From positions 224,001 through 288,000 of the forward strand of contig CBDDBZ010000037.1 of the NCBI GenBank assembly GCA_965225945.1: 64,000 nucleotides of DNA, given 5' to 3'. The stretch comes from Alphaproteobacteria bacterium (GTDB lineage: Bacteria > Pseudomonadota > Alphaproteobacteria > GCA-2731375). The first letter of the stretch is position 1. Every line of letters starts with the position of its first letter. This document shows, in pieces, positions 52,889 through 62,595 of this stretch. The notes beneath the pieces are model-generated. The model saw only the letters and a program-made list of their open reading frames with translations, made no database searches and was not told the DNA's origin. The translations under genes were made by a program, and so were the position numbers.

Positions 52889-54304
52889 GGTGAAGTCCTA
52901 GACTTGCTGGGAATTTGGTAGGAGGTGCATCCTTCGAGGTGTCGATTCCCACCCGGGCATGGCTGCGCGCCAGCCCAGCACAGGAGGCACCTCCATGACG
53001 AAGAGACTACCCGGAAGCGAGCGCACGCGTGAAGCCTTGAACGACCTGATCGAAGGGCGCGCCCGCGTGGTCGACGCGAAGAGTGAATTGGTGCGGTTGG
53101 CGACGCGGTTGATCATCGAGGAAGGCTTGGAGGCCGAGGTGCGCGACGCCCTGGGCCGGGACTATTACGAGCACGGTTCCGAGCCTGGCCGAGGTTACCG
53201 GAACGGTTCGCGCGAAGGTCATCTGAAGACGGCCGAGGGGCGGATCAGGTATGCGGCGCCGCAGGTCGCCGGGACGGACGAACCGTTCCGTTCGGATCTG
53301 CGAGCGCAGCTGAAGGGTCATTCCGAGGGCCTGGAGGATTTAGCCGTGGAGATGCTGGCGCGCGGTCTCTCGGTGCGCGACATCGAAGATGCCTTCAGGG
53401 AAGAAAGTGGGCGCTTGCTGCTGTCGCGCACGGCGGTCTCGGAGATGGGGGAGCGGCTCTGGGCGGACTACCTCGGCTTCGCCAAGCGCGACCTTAGCGA
53501 GTTCGAGATCGCCTACCTCTTCGTCGACGGCATCGCCGAGCGGCTGCGGGCCGGGCAGAGGCGAGAGCCGGTGCTGGCGGCCTGGGGCTTCACGCTCGAG
53601 GGCAAGAAGGTTCTCCTGCATCTGATGGCGGGCTCGAAGGAGGACAACGAGACCGTCTCCGCGTTCTTCCAGGACATGCGCAGCCGAGGCCTGGGCGATC
53701 CTCTCCTGATCGCCTCCGACGGCGCGCCTGGCATTATCAAGGCGATCGAGATTTGTTTTCCCAGGAGCGCGCGCCAACGCTGCCTCGCGCACCGGATGAG
53801 GAACTTGGCGGCGAAGGTGCCCGAGGATCTCTGGCCGGAGTTCAAGGCCCGCGCCCAAGCGGCCTACCAGGCCCCCTCGCGCGCCATCGCCCGCGATCTG
53901 GCCGAGGGCGTGGTGCGTGACTGGGAGCGCGAGCTGCCCTCGGCGGTGGCCTGTTTCCTGGATGATTTCGAGGCCTGCATCGCGCACCTGCGCATGCCGG
54001 TCAATCACCGCCGGGCGATCCGCACCACCAACCTGCTGGAGAGATTGTTCGGGGAGGAGCGCCGGCGCTTGAAGATCATCCCCAACGCCTTCGGCGAAAA
54101 GGCGGTACTGAAGCTCATGTTCGGTGCCATGAGCCGCGCCGCCGAGCGATGGAAAGCAGTCAAGGTCACCGTCTTCGAGCGGCGCCAGATGGACGCCGTC
54201 AGGAAGGAACTCGATCAGGAATACCAAGCCCAGCTGGAACTACCAGAACAGGCCTCGACGGAGGCAACCCCGGAGAAAATTCCCAGCAGAATCCGGACTT
54301 GACC
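52889..54304 (+). mobile_element. IS256-family element, copy 3 (1416 bp; transposase 52995..54302)
   Basis: IRs present; 9-bp TSD CATCCGGGC at 52880-52888 and 54305-54313. Confidence 0.97.
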
Positions 54305-54744
54305 CATCCGGGCGGAGGGTTGACAGACTGCTACGCATCGGTTCACCCATAACAATGGACAACAACGTATCTGAGGATGTTGGACTGTGCAAATGAAATT
54401 TTAACCTTCGATCATTTGGTCTGTCCATTTTGATTAATTTTGCAACAGTCCCGCAGGAGAGATCAAAGTCATTCGCTGATTCGAGCGTGGATTTTCTTTT
54501 ATCCTATTGTTTTAACAGAATAAAACAAAAGCAAGGGTATGCTGGGTGGACACGTTCCCTGCCGGCGGCGAAAGCGCTTGGAAATAAACGTCCAGGCGAA
54601 AATAAACACAGTCAAGCGATGATCGGAAATTTTTTGCCTGGACTGTAGAATCTCTGTCCGATCTGGACAGATAAGGACGATCGACCCTATATTGTGGCTG
54701 AAGACTCGTGACCGTCCAGATGCTGTGAGGGTGTCGGAAGGTGG

Positions 54745-55257
54745 CTATGAATCGGCGCCATCGTCGGCGCGGCGCGCGGCCAAGGCCTGATCCTCGATAG
54801 CGATGCGATGGGCCAGCAGCGCCGCGTTCATCACGCTGAACACCAGCGCCACGCCCCAGGCCCCGAAGGCGAGCGGCAGGACGGCGATTTCCGCCGCGAC
54901 CACCAGGTAGTTGGGGTGGCGAAGCCAGCGATAGGGTCCATGGCGCACCAGCGGCGCGTCGGGGAGCGTGACGATCCGCGTCGTCCAATAGGCGCCGAGG
55001 CTGGCGATGACCCACACGCGCAGCCCCTGGAGGAGGCCGAAGACGCCCAGTAGGTACGCCGCGTTCGGCTCCCCCGCGCCCCGAAGTGCCAGTGCCACCA
55101 GCCATGCCGCGTGCAGGGCGAGGAGCAGCGGGTAGTGTCCGGCGCCGACCTCGCGACCACCCCGCGCCAACAGGCGGCGGACGTTGCGGGCCGACAGCGC
55201 GAGCTCGGCCACGCGTAGCGCCACCACGGCCGCCAGGATCAAATGGAGTGTCGACAT
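54745..55257 (-). CDS. Isoprenylcysteine carboxyl methyltransferase family (BpsB/SrsB-like)
   Basis: LGAYWTTRI, GPYRWLRHPNY and RIAIED motifs. Confidence 0.9.
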   Translation of the reverse strand: MSTLHLILAAVVALRVAELALSARNVRRLLARGGREVGAGHYPLLLALHAAWLVALALRGAGEPNAAYLLGVFGLLQGLRVWVIASLGAYWTTRIVTLPDAPLVRHGPYRWLRHPNYLVVAAEIAVLPLAFGAWGVALVFSVMNAALLAHRIAIEDQALAARRADDGADS

Positions 55258-56315
55258 GTCCCCGGCGCCGCCTCCAGGATCGCGAAGGCCACCGTGAAGC
55301 CGGGCCCGAGGCTGCTCACGAGGTAGCGCTTGGCCCTGGCGTCGGCCACATCGAGCGCGCGCTGGGCGACGAACAGCACCGTCGCGGCGCTCATGTTGCC
55401 GAAGCGGCGCAGGATGTCGCGGGAATAAGCGAGCGCGCCCGGCTCGAGCTCGAGCACCGCCTCCAAGGCCTCCACCACCTTGGCGCCGCCCGGATGGACC
55501 AGGAAGTCGTCGATGTCGGCGCGGCAAAGTCCATGGCGGGCGAGAAATTCGTCGATCGCCGTGCCCATGGAAGCGCGAACGATGTTCGGGATATCGCGCG
55601 AGAAGACCACGGCGAGACCGTCCTCGCGGACCTTCCAGCCCATGACGTCGAGCGTCGCGGGCCAGGTATGCTCGCCCCAGTGGGTGAGCGCGGGACCGTC
55701 GAGCCCGGTGCCGATCACCGCGGCGGCGGCGCCGTCGCCAAAGAGCGCGGTGGCGATGACATTGCTCTTCGAGCGATCGTTCCAGCGGAAGGTGAGGCCG
55801 CAAAGCTCGACCACCAGCAGCAGGACCCTCGTTCCCGGCTCGGCCCGCGCCAGGCTCGCGGCGCGGCCGAGGCCGAGGGTGCCGCCCGCGCAACCGAGGC
55901 CGAAGACGGGGAGCCGCGTCACGTCGCGGCGGAACGCCATCCGCTCCATCAGCCGCACGTCGAGCGTCGGCGTGGCGATCCCGGACGAGGAGATCGTGAC
56001 GATGGCGTCGATCTCCCCCGCCCTCAGGCCCGCACTCGCGATGGCGCGACCCGCCGCCTGTTCCAACAGCTCGACGGCGTTCTCGACATAGAGGCGGTTG
56101 CGTTCCTCGAAGCCGTGCGGGCGCAGATACCACTCGAGCGGAACGCAGGAATACCGGGTCTCGATTTCGGCGTTGGCGTAGACCGGCGCCAATCTCGCGA
56201 AGTCGGAAAAATCGCCGCCGAAGAGCTCCCCCGCCGAGCGCGCGACCTCGGACTGGCGCAAGATGTGCCGAGGCGTCGCGGTGGCGATCGCCGCGATGCG
56301 GGGCAACATTGACAT
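55239..56315 (-). CDS. Type III polyketide synthase (BpsA/SrsA-like)
   Basis: Catalytic triad GLGCAGG, HPGG and GNMS; LFGDG and GPGF motifs. Confidence 0.93.
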   Translation of the reverse strand: MSMLPRIAAIATATPRHILRQSEVARSAGELFGGDFSDFARLAPVYANAEIETRYSCVPLEWYLRPHGFEERNRLYVENAVELLEQAAGRAIASAGLRAGEIDAIVTISSSGIATPTLDVRLMERMAFRRDVTRLPVFGLGCAGGTLGLGRAASLARAEPGTRVLLLVVELCGLTFRWNDRSKSNVIATALFGDGAAAAVIGTGLDGPALTHWGEHTWPATLDVMGWKVREDGLAVVFSRDIPNIVRASMGTAIDEFLARHGLCRADIDDFLVHPGGAKVVEALEAVLELEPGALAYSRDILRRFGNMSAATVLFVAQRALDVADARAKRYLVSSLGPGFTVAFAILEAAPGTCRHSI

Positions 56316-56533
56316 CACCCGGTCTCCCGTGATCCATGGGGCTTCGATGGCCGGAACCCTCGCCGGCTCGTCTCGAAATCGACACGGGCCCGCCCTCGGC
56401 GCAAGGTACGTTCCCGAGAGTCGTGTCACCGCCCGTGAACTTCGGGGCCGGCCGGGGGGTGGCAATGCGCGTGCCAATCATCACATAGGTGGCGTGGGCG
56501 GTACCGACCCGCGAGAGAAAGAGCCTCACGGAG

Positions 56534-57334
56534 ATGGATGAGAACGAAACCGAGCCAGCGGACGACGACCTCCCTCCGAGCCTGATCCCCACGCAAGTGA
56601 TCGCGCCGGCGAGCAAGGCCAGCCTGCTGTCGCGACTGCGGACCTATCTCATCGCCGGCATCATCGTGACCGCGCCGATCGCGATCACGGTCTATCTGAC
56701 CGTGATCATCGTGCAGTTCGTCGACGCCCAGATCGTGCCGCTGATCCCGCCGATCTACAATCCCGAGACCTACCTGCCTTTCTCCATTCCCGGCCTCGGC
56801 ATCCTGGTGGTGCTGATCGTATTGATATTCATCGGCTTCGTCGCGGCGAACTTCTTCGGCCGCTACCTGATCCGCACGGGCGAGCGCATCATCGATCGCA
56901 TGCCGGTGGTGCGCAGCGTCTACAACGCGCTGAAACAGATCGCCGAAACCGTGGCGCGGCAGTCGTCGAACGCCTTCCGCCAGGTCGTGCTGGTCGAATA
57001 TCCGAGAAAGGGCGTGTGGGCGCTCGCCTTCCTCACCAGCGAGGCGAAGGGCGAGGTCCGGCGCCGAGCGGAGCGGGATTTGATCAGCGTCTTCCTGCCG
57101 ACGACGCCCAACCCCACGTCCGGCTTTCTGCTCCTGGTGCCGCGCGAGGATCTGATCATGCTGGAGATGACGGTCGAGGAGGCGGCGAAGATGATCATCT
57201 CGGCCGGCGTGGTCATTCCGCCCGATCGGGGCGCGGCGCCCATGGTGGCGCCGATCCAGCTCTCCTCGCACTTCGCCGAGCGCCAGCCCGAGGTCTCGGC
57301 GGACTCGGAGCAACGGCGCGACGGTGCCGAATAG
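56534..57334 (+). CDS. DUF502 membrane protein
   Basis: VVLVEYPR, VFLPTTPNPTSGF and IISAG motifs. Confidence 0.9.
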   Translation: MDENETEPADDDLPPSLIPTQVIAPASKASLLSRLRTYLIAGIIVTAPIAITVYLTVIIVQFVDAQIVPLIPPIYNPETYLPFSIPGLGILVVLIVLIFIGFVAANFFGRYLIRTGERIIDRMPVVRSVYNALKQIAETVARQSSNAFRQVVLVEYPRKGVWALAFLTSEAKGEVRRRAERDLISVFLPTTPNPTSGFLLLVPREDLIMLEMTVEEAAKMIISAGVVIPPDRGAAPMVAPIQLSSHFAERQPEVSADSEQRRDGAE

Positions 57335-57630
57335 CGCATGATCCGCTCATGCGATTCGGAGAAAAGGAAAAGGGGTCATTCTACTTTTTAGTCCGTTCTG
57401 CCGAATAAAGTACAATGACCCCTTTTTCTTTTCAGCTCTCCTCGCACTTCGCCGAGCGCCAGCCCGAGGTCTCGGCGGATTCGGAAAAAGGGGTCATTCT
57501 GCTTTTTGGTCCGTTCCGCCGAATAAAGTACAATGACCCTTTTCTCCTTTTCTCCGAGCGGCGGCCCGAGGTCTCGGCGGACTCGGAGCAACGGTGCGAC
57601 GGTGCCGAATAGCGCATGATCCGCTCATGC
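57257..57630. repeat. Two family-A palindromes interleaved with duplications of the DUF502 3' end
   Basis: Palindromes at ~57356-57433 and ~57481-57557. Segment 57257-57352 is recopied at 57433-57479 and ~57554-57630. Confidence 0.9.
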
Positions 57631-57638
57631 TCTAGCCT

Positions 57639-59720
57639 TCAACCCGAGCCCAGATAGGCGATCGCGGCGTCGCGCTCGAAGAGATAGAGCAGGACGCGAA
57701 GCGCGCGCCCTCGAGTCGAGGCCAGCGTCGGGTCGGTCTCCATCACCAGGCGCGCGTCGTCCCGGGCGATCGCCATCAGGTCCTGATGAAAGGCGATGTC
57801 GGCCAGGCGAAAGGCGGGAAGGCCGCTCTGCCGCGTGCCGAGCAGTTCGCCCGCGCCACGCAGCCTCAGATCTTCCTCCGAGATGCGGAAGCCGTCGTCG
57901 CTCTCGCGCAGAATCGCGATGCGCGCCCGCGCCGTCTCCCCCAGCGGCTCGGCGTAGAGCAGGAGGCAGGTCCCGGGCCGCTCGCCCCGCCCGACCCGGC
58001 CTCGAAGCTGGTGCATCTGCGCCAGGCCGAAACGCTCGGCGTGCTCCAGCACCATGATCGTCGCATCCCTGACGTCGACGCCGACCTCGATGACCGTCGT
58101 CGCCACCAGCACGTCGATCTCGCCGGCGCGGAAGGCTTCCATCACCCGGTCCCTCTCGGGCCCGCGCATGCGACCGTGGACCAGGCCGACCCCCTCGCCG
58201 AGCGTGGCCACGAGGGCGGCGTGGCGCTCTTCGGCCGCGGCCACGTCGAGAGCCTCCGATTCCGCCACCAGCGGGCACACCCAATAGACCCGATCACCCC
58301 GGGCCCGGGCCCGGGTGAGGCCGGCGACGACCTCCTCGAGGCGCGAGAGGGGGAGCGCGCGGGTGTCGATCGCCGCGCGGCCCGGCGGCTTCTCGTCCAG
58401 ACGCGAGACGTCCATGTCGCCGTAGGCGGTCATGGTGAGGGTTCTGGGAATCGGCGTCGCGGTCATTACCAGGACGTCGGCATTGGCACCCTTTTCGCCC
58501 AGCAGAAGCCGTTGATGGACGCCGAAACGATGCTGCTCGTCGATCACGACGAAGCCGAGGTCGCGGAAGGCGACATCATCTTGGAACAGCGCGTGGGTGC
58601 CGATGGCGATTTGCCCGGCGCCGCTCGCGAGCCGGCCCAGGGTCCCGCTTCGCGCCTTGCCCTTGTCGCGGCCGGTCAGCAGCTCGGCCCGGAGGTCCAG
58701 GCCGGCGAGGAGAGGCGCGATGACGCCGTGGTGCTGGCGCGCCAGGATCTCCGTCGGCGCCATGATCGCGGCCTGGGCGCCGGCCTCCACCGCGGTCAGC
58801 ATCGCGGCGAGCGCGACCACGGTCTTGCCGCTGCCGACGTCGCCCTGCAGCAGGCGCAGCATCCGGTCCGGCCCCCGCATATCGGCCAGAATCTCGGCGA
58901 TCGCACGTTCCTGCGCCCCGGTCATGACGTAGGGCAGGGTCTCGCGCAGGCGGGCGAGGAGGGCGCCGTCGCCGGCCAAAACCCGGCCCTTGCGCCGCCG
59001 CGCCGCCGCGCGGACCAGCATCAGGGCCAGCTGGTTGGCGAGTAGCTCGTCATAGGCCAGGCGCTGGCGAACCGGCGCCTCGGGCGCCAACTGGGCGAGC
59101 TCGTCGGGCGCGTGGGCGGCGAGCAGCGCTTGCTTCCAGCCGACCCAGCCGCGCCGCGTCTTGAACTCGGAGTCGAGCCATTCCGGCAGTTCCGGTAGCT
59201 CCGCCAGCGCGCCTTGCACCGCGCGTGCCAGGGGCCGCGGAGTCAGGCCCGTGGTCGAGGCATAGACCGGCTCGACCAGCGGCAGGTCCGCCGCTTCCTC
59301 TGGTCGGACGATGTGGTCGGGATGGGCCATCTGTGGCGTCCCCTGGAACATCTGCACCGTGCCGCTGACGACGCGGGTTTGGCCCTCCGGTAGGGTACGG
59401 GCCAGGTAATCGCCCTTGGCGTGGAAGAAGACGAGGGTGATGACGCCGCTTTGGTCGCGACAGAGCACGCGATGGGGCAGCCGGGCGTTCCGAGAGGGGC
59501 GGTGTTCCACCACCTCGAGGGTGAGCGTGGCGATGACGCCTTCGCGCGCCTCGGCGACCGTCGGGCGGTAGCGTCGATCGACGATGCCTTTCGGGAGCTG
59601 CCAGCAGAGGTCGACCAAGCGCCCGCCGGCGGCGGTTTCGATCAGTTTGGCCGTCCGCTGGCCCACGCCCTTCAGCGAGATCACCGGCCGGAACAGGGGA
59701 AACAGGATGTCGGGGCGCAT
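57639..59720 (-). CDS. recG: ATP-dependent DNA helicase RecG
   Basis: QGDVGSGKT, DEQHRFG, MTATPIPR and QLRGRVGRG motifs. Confidence 0.97.
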   Translation of the reverse strand: MRPDILFPLFRPVISLKGVGQRTAKLIETAAGGRLVDLCWQLPKGIVDRRYRPTVAEAREGVIATLTLEVVEHRPSRNARLPHRVLCRDQSGVITLVFFHAKGDYLARTLPEGQTRVVSGTVQMFQGTPQMAHPDHIVRPEEAADLPLVEPVYASTTGLTPRPLARAVQGALAELPELPEWLDSEFKTRRGWVGWKQALLAAHAPDELAQLAPEAPVRQRLAYDELLANQLALMLVRAAARRRKGRVLAGDGALLARLRETLPYVMTGAQERAIAEILADMRGPDRMLRLLQGDVGSGKTVVALAAMLTAVEAGAQAAIMAPTEILARQHHGVIAPLLAGLDLRAELLTGRDKGKARSGTLGRLASGAGQIAIGTHALFQDDVAFRDLGFVVIDEQHRFGVHQRLLLGEKGANADVLVMTATPIPRTLTMTAYGDMDVSRLDEKPPGRAAIDTRALPLSRLEEVVAGLTRARARGDRVYWVCPLVAESEALDVAAAEERHAALVATLGEGVGLVHGRMRGPERDRVMEAFRAGEIDVLVATTVIEVGVDVRDATIMVLEHAERFGLAQMHQLRGRVGRGERPGTCLLLYAEPLGETARARIAILRESDDGFRISEEDLRLRGAGELLGTRQSGLPAFRLADIAFHQDLMAIARDDARLVMETDPTLASTRGRALRVLLYLFERDAAIAYLGSG

Positions 59721-59834
59721 CGGCTGCCCAGTGCGGCTGCCCAGTTCGAGGCGACGATTTCGGCGGCGTGTCGGCCCGACGGCTGACAGCCCGCCGACCA
59801 AAGGCTATACCCCGTTCACCCGGCGGAGGGAAGG

Positions 59835-60125
59835 ATGGGCGAGGATTTGGAGCTCAGGCGCAGGCGGCTCGCGTACCGCAGCAAGCATCGCGGCACCAAA
59901 GAGCTGGATCTGCTGCTCGGCGTCTTCGCGGAGCGCCAGCTCGAGCTCATGAGCGGGCGCGAACTGGAGCTCTACGAGGCGATCCTGGAAGCCGACGAGG
60001 TGGAGATCTACGCCTGGCTGATCGGGCGCGAGGCCGTGCCGCCGGCCCACGACAACGACGTGATGCGCCGTCTGCTCAGCTTCGATTTCCCCCGGGCGCT
60101 GTTGAAACGGATCGGCTCGCTTTAG
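59835..60125 (+). CDS. sdhE: Succinate dehydrogenase assembly factor 2 (SdhE/Sdh5)
   Basis: YRSKHRGTKELDLLLG motif; divergent from recG. Confidence 0.9.
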   Translation: MGEDLELRRRRLAYRSKHRGTKELDLLLGVFAERQLELMSGRELELYEAILEADEVEIYAWLIGREAVPPAHDNDVMRRLLSFDFPRALLKRIGSL

Positions 60126-60952
60126 TGATTTCTAGCTTGCTCGATGTTGGTCACTTGCCTTCCAGATAGATTGAAGGTCAAGGACGCCCAGTGGCTCGAC
60201 CAGACCACGGGTTGGTTTTCGACGGGCAACAGGAGAACCGCGTTCAGGAGATAGTCGCCGTCACCCAATATGGCTATGACGGCTCTGCCATCTGCGTCGG
60301 TTTTCACGCTGGTCCGCGTCACGCCGCCATCGTCGCGAAAGATATTGATTTGTCGCCCGGCCATCGGAGCGCCTCGCCAGATCAGCCTGACCGGTAAGGC
60401 TTCGATGTTCGGGTCGTAGGGGTTCGCGTCGGCCACGAGTTCCAGCCGCATGCCGACCACCGCATCGCGGTCGTCCTCCCGAATGTCGCCGACCTGTACC
60501 AGCGCCTTGGCATATCTCGTATAGCGTTCCGCGAACCCCGTTTCCGGCAGGCCGCGTTCGCGATGACGCGCGGCCAAATGATCGAGCCCCTCTTCGGAAA
60601 GGTACCTCCGGAAGAGCGACCAGTCGTCATAAACGACGCGGAACGCGATCGTGTGATGGCTGATGACGTGCAATCCAGACCCGATCGGCGCTTGCGCCAG
60701 GGCGGGAAGATCGCCCTCGTTCCCCACCACCCGTTGTTCCTTGCCATGGAGGCCGATGGTGAATTTTCGGAACCGCTTCGAGAGATAGGGATGGGACACC
60801 CCCTCGAGCATGCGACCGACCTTGAGGTCCGCCCTGATCTCTTCGCCCGGGCCGACCCTGCCCCGCTCCAGACTCATCCAGAATTCATGGGCGAGGGCCG
60901 GCGAGCCGACCGCGAAGGCGGCCACGAGTACGACGATATTTGCCATTATCAT
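60122..60952 (-). CDS. DUF4198-family periplasmic protein
   Basis: Signal peptide ALA/HEFW; YTRYAKAL, LELV...NPY, TDADG and WASLTF motifs. Confidence 0.8.
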   Translation of the reverse strand: MIMANIVVLVAAFAVGSPALAHEFWMSLERGRVGPGEEIRADLKVGRMLEGVSHPYLSKRFRKFTIGLHGKEQRVVGNEGDLPALAQAPIGSGLHVISHHTIAFRVVYDDWSLFRRYLSEEGLDHLAARHRERGLPETGFAERYTRYAKALVQVGDIREDDRDAVVGMRLELVADANPYDPNIEALPVRLIWRGAPMAGRQINIFRDDGGVTRTSVKTDADGRAVIAILGDGDYLLNAVLLLPVENQPVVWSSHWASLTFNLSGRQVTNIEQARNH

Positions 60953-61304
60953 GCGAGACGGTGCCACGGCAATTTCTCCGAGTTTGATCGACTCCTTCAT
61001 GGATACGAAACCGAGCGCCGTTTCGGATGCATTTGAAATAACCGGCGATATCAAAATAATGTGACCGATCCTTTTTTCGAATATGAAACCAGAGTTGGAT
61101 GGCCTGCGTTGTTCTGGTTGTATGACGCACAATGAGGTGGATCCTGGTTTATCCGAATCAATTCAGCACGCCGATCTCGAATAGCGCTTCGTTCTATACA
61201 CGAGCGTTTCCGTTGGGAGCAGTCGTCGGCCGGCTCGTTTGTTTCACCAAGCCAACGCTCCATCTGCGGTATATCGATCAACCCTAACGGAGAAGGAGAC
61301 CATC

Positions 61305-61571
61305 ATGCGTTTCGACATCAAGTTGCCCGTCGCGGCCGTGACCATCGTTCTGGCCCTCGGCGCCTCCTCGACGGCCTTCGCCAAGGCGCACGACCAGGGC
61401 GTCGCCGACGGCACTTTCCCCACGAGCACGTCCGGGGAAATTCAGGCCATCGGAGGGCAGGGCGTGTCGTCGGTCGTGAACGACGGGACGTTCAGCGACG
61501 CCAAGTCGGCGGCCGGTGGCGACAACGCCGTCGAGCCGGTCGTGGGGAATGGCGCCAACGAGCCCGACTAA
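61305..61571 (+). CDS. Small secreted acidic protein (88 aa)
   Basis: Strong RBS AAGGAG; signal peptide ending AFA; followed by a hairpin terminator. Confidence 0.8.
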   Translation: MRFDIKLPVAAVTIVLALGASSTAFAKAHDQGVADGTFPTSTSGEIQAIGGQGVSSVVNDGTFSDAKSAAGGDNAVEPVVGNGANEPD

Positions 61572-61621
61572 TCGGGTTCGCTCCGCCGGCGACGTCATTC
61601 CGGCGGCCACCTCACAGACGA

Positions 61622-61654
61622 GAAAGGCCGGGCGCCGAGCGCGTCCGGCCTTTC
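61622..61654 (+). terminator. Intrinsic terminator-like hairpin
   Basis: GAAAGGCCGG-GCGC...GCGT-CCGGCCTTTC. Confidence 0.7.
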
Positions 61655-62014
61655 GCTGCGTGTTTGCCGATCCTATGAGCGATCATCCCAGACTCGACAC
61701 CTCAATCGTGGCAATAGAGCTGGTGCATCGACGTTTGAGCTTTCTTATTATCGACAAACGTCATAAAACCAGGATTGCTGAAATCATCTCGATCTAGGCG
61801 GCGGCGCTTATCAACAACAGGCAGCCGTCTCGACTCGACGCGGTCGGATGATCGGAACGGGGCAGGCCGACATGGTAGTCTCCCGCCCGCAGCTCATGGC
61901 GGCCGAACGACAAACCTTCCGGTAGCGTAACGATCCGGGCAGACGAGAGCAACATCGGCGCTTGCGGTGACGTCGTGACTCATGGGGTCATGCGGATCCT
62001 ACGAACGCTTCCTG

Positions 62015-62595
62015 CTAGTCGCTTCGAAGCGCCGTCGCGGGAAGTAATCCGGCCGCTCTTCGCGCCGGGTAAAAGCCGAAAACGAGCCCGATCACGGTGG
62101 AAAAGGCCAGCGCGGCGGCGACCGTCGAGGGGTCGATCAGGACCGGCCAGTCGGTGATCCCGGAGATCAGCCAGGAGGCGCCGCCTCCCGCCGCGACGCC
62201 GATCAGCCCGCCCACGACACAGATCAGCAGCGCCTCGGTCAAGAACAGCCGACTGATATGCCCGCGCGTCGCGCCCAGAGCCAGCCGGAGGCCGATCTCA
62301 CGGGTTTGCTCAGCGACGGACACCAGCATGATGTTCATGATGCTGATGCCGCCGACCACCAAGGAAATCGAGGCGATGGCGGCCAGAAGCCAGCCGATCG
62401 TGCGGCTGGAGCGTCGCTGGGCGGCCATCGCCGCCGCCGGATCGCTCACCCGAAAGCCCGCGGGCGCTCCGGCGGGAACGTGATGACGCGCGCGAAGCAG
62501 GCTCTCCACGCGGTCTCTCGCATGAGTGACGAGATCGCCCGATCCGGCCTTGGCGAGAATGTAGGACACGGAATCGGGTGTGATGCCTCGGCTCG
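62015..62595 (-). pseudogene. C-terminal part of a MacB/FtsX-type ABC permease cut by IS256
   Basis: VGGISIMNIMLVSV.EQTREIGLRLALGA and FGFYPARRAA motifs. Confidence 0.9.

Noticed and set aside
57353-57557. Possible CRISPR array
   Set aside because: Only two ~75-bp palindromic units, the spacers are copies of adjacent DNA, and there are no cas genes.
834-62595. Composite transposon or inversion bounded by IS256 copies 1 and 4
   Set aside because: The inner flanks (CCGATATCG and CTCGGCTCG) are unrelated and the outer ends are missing or outside the window.
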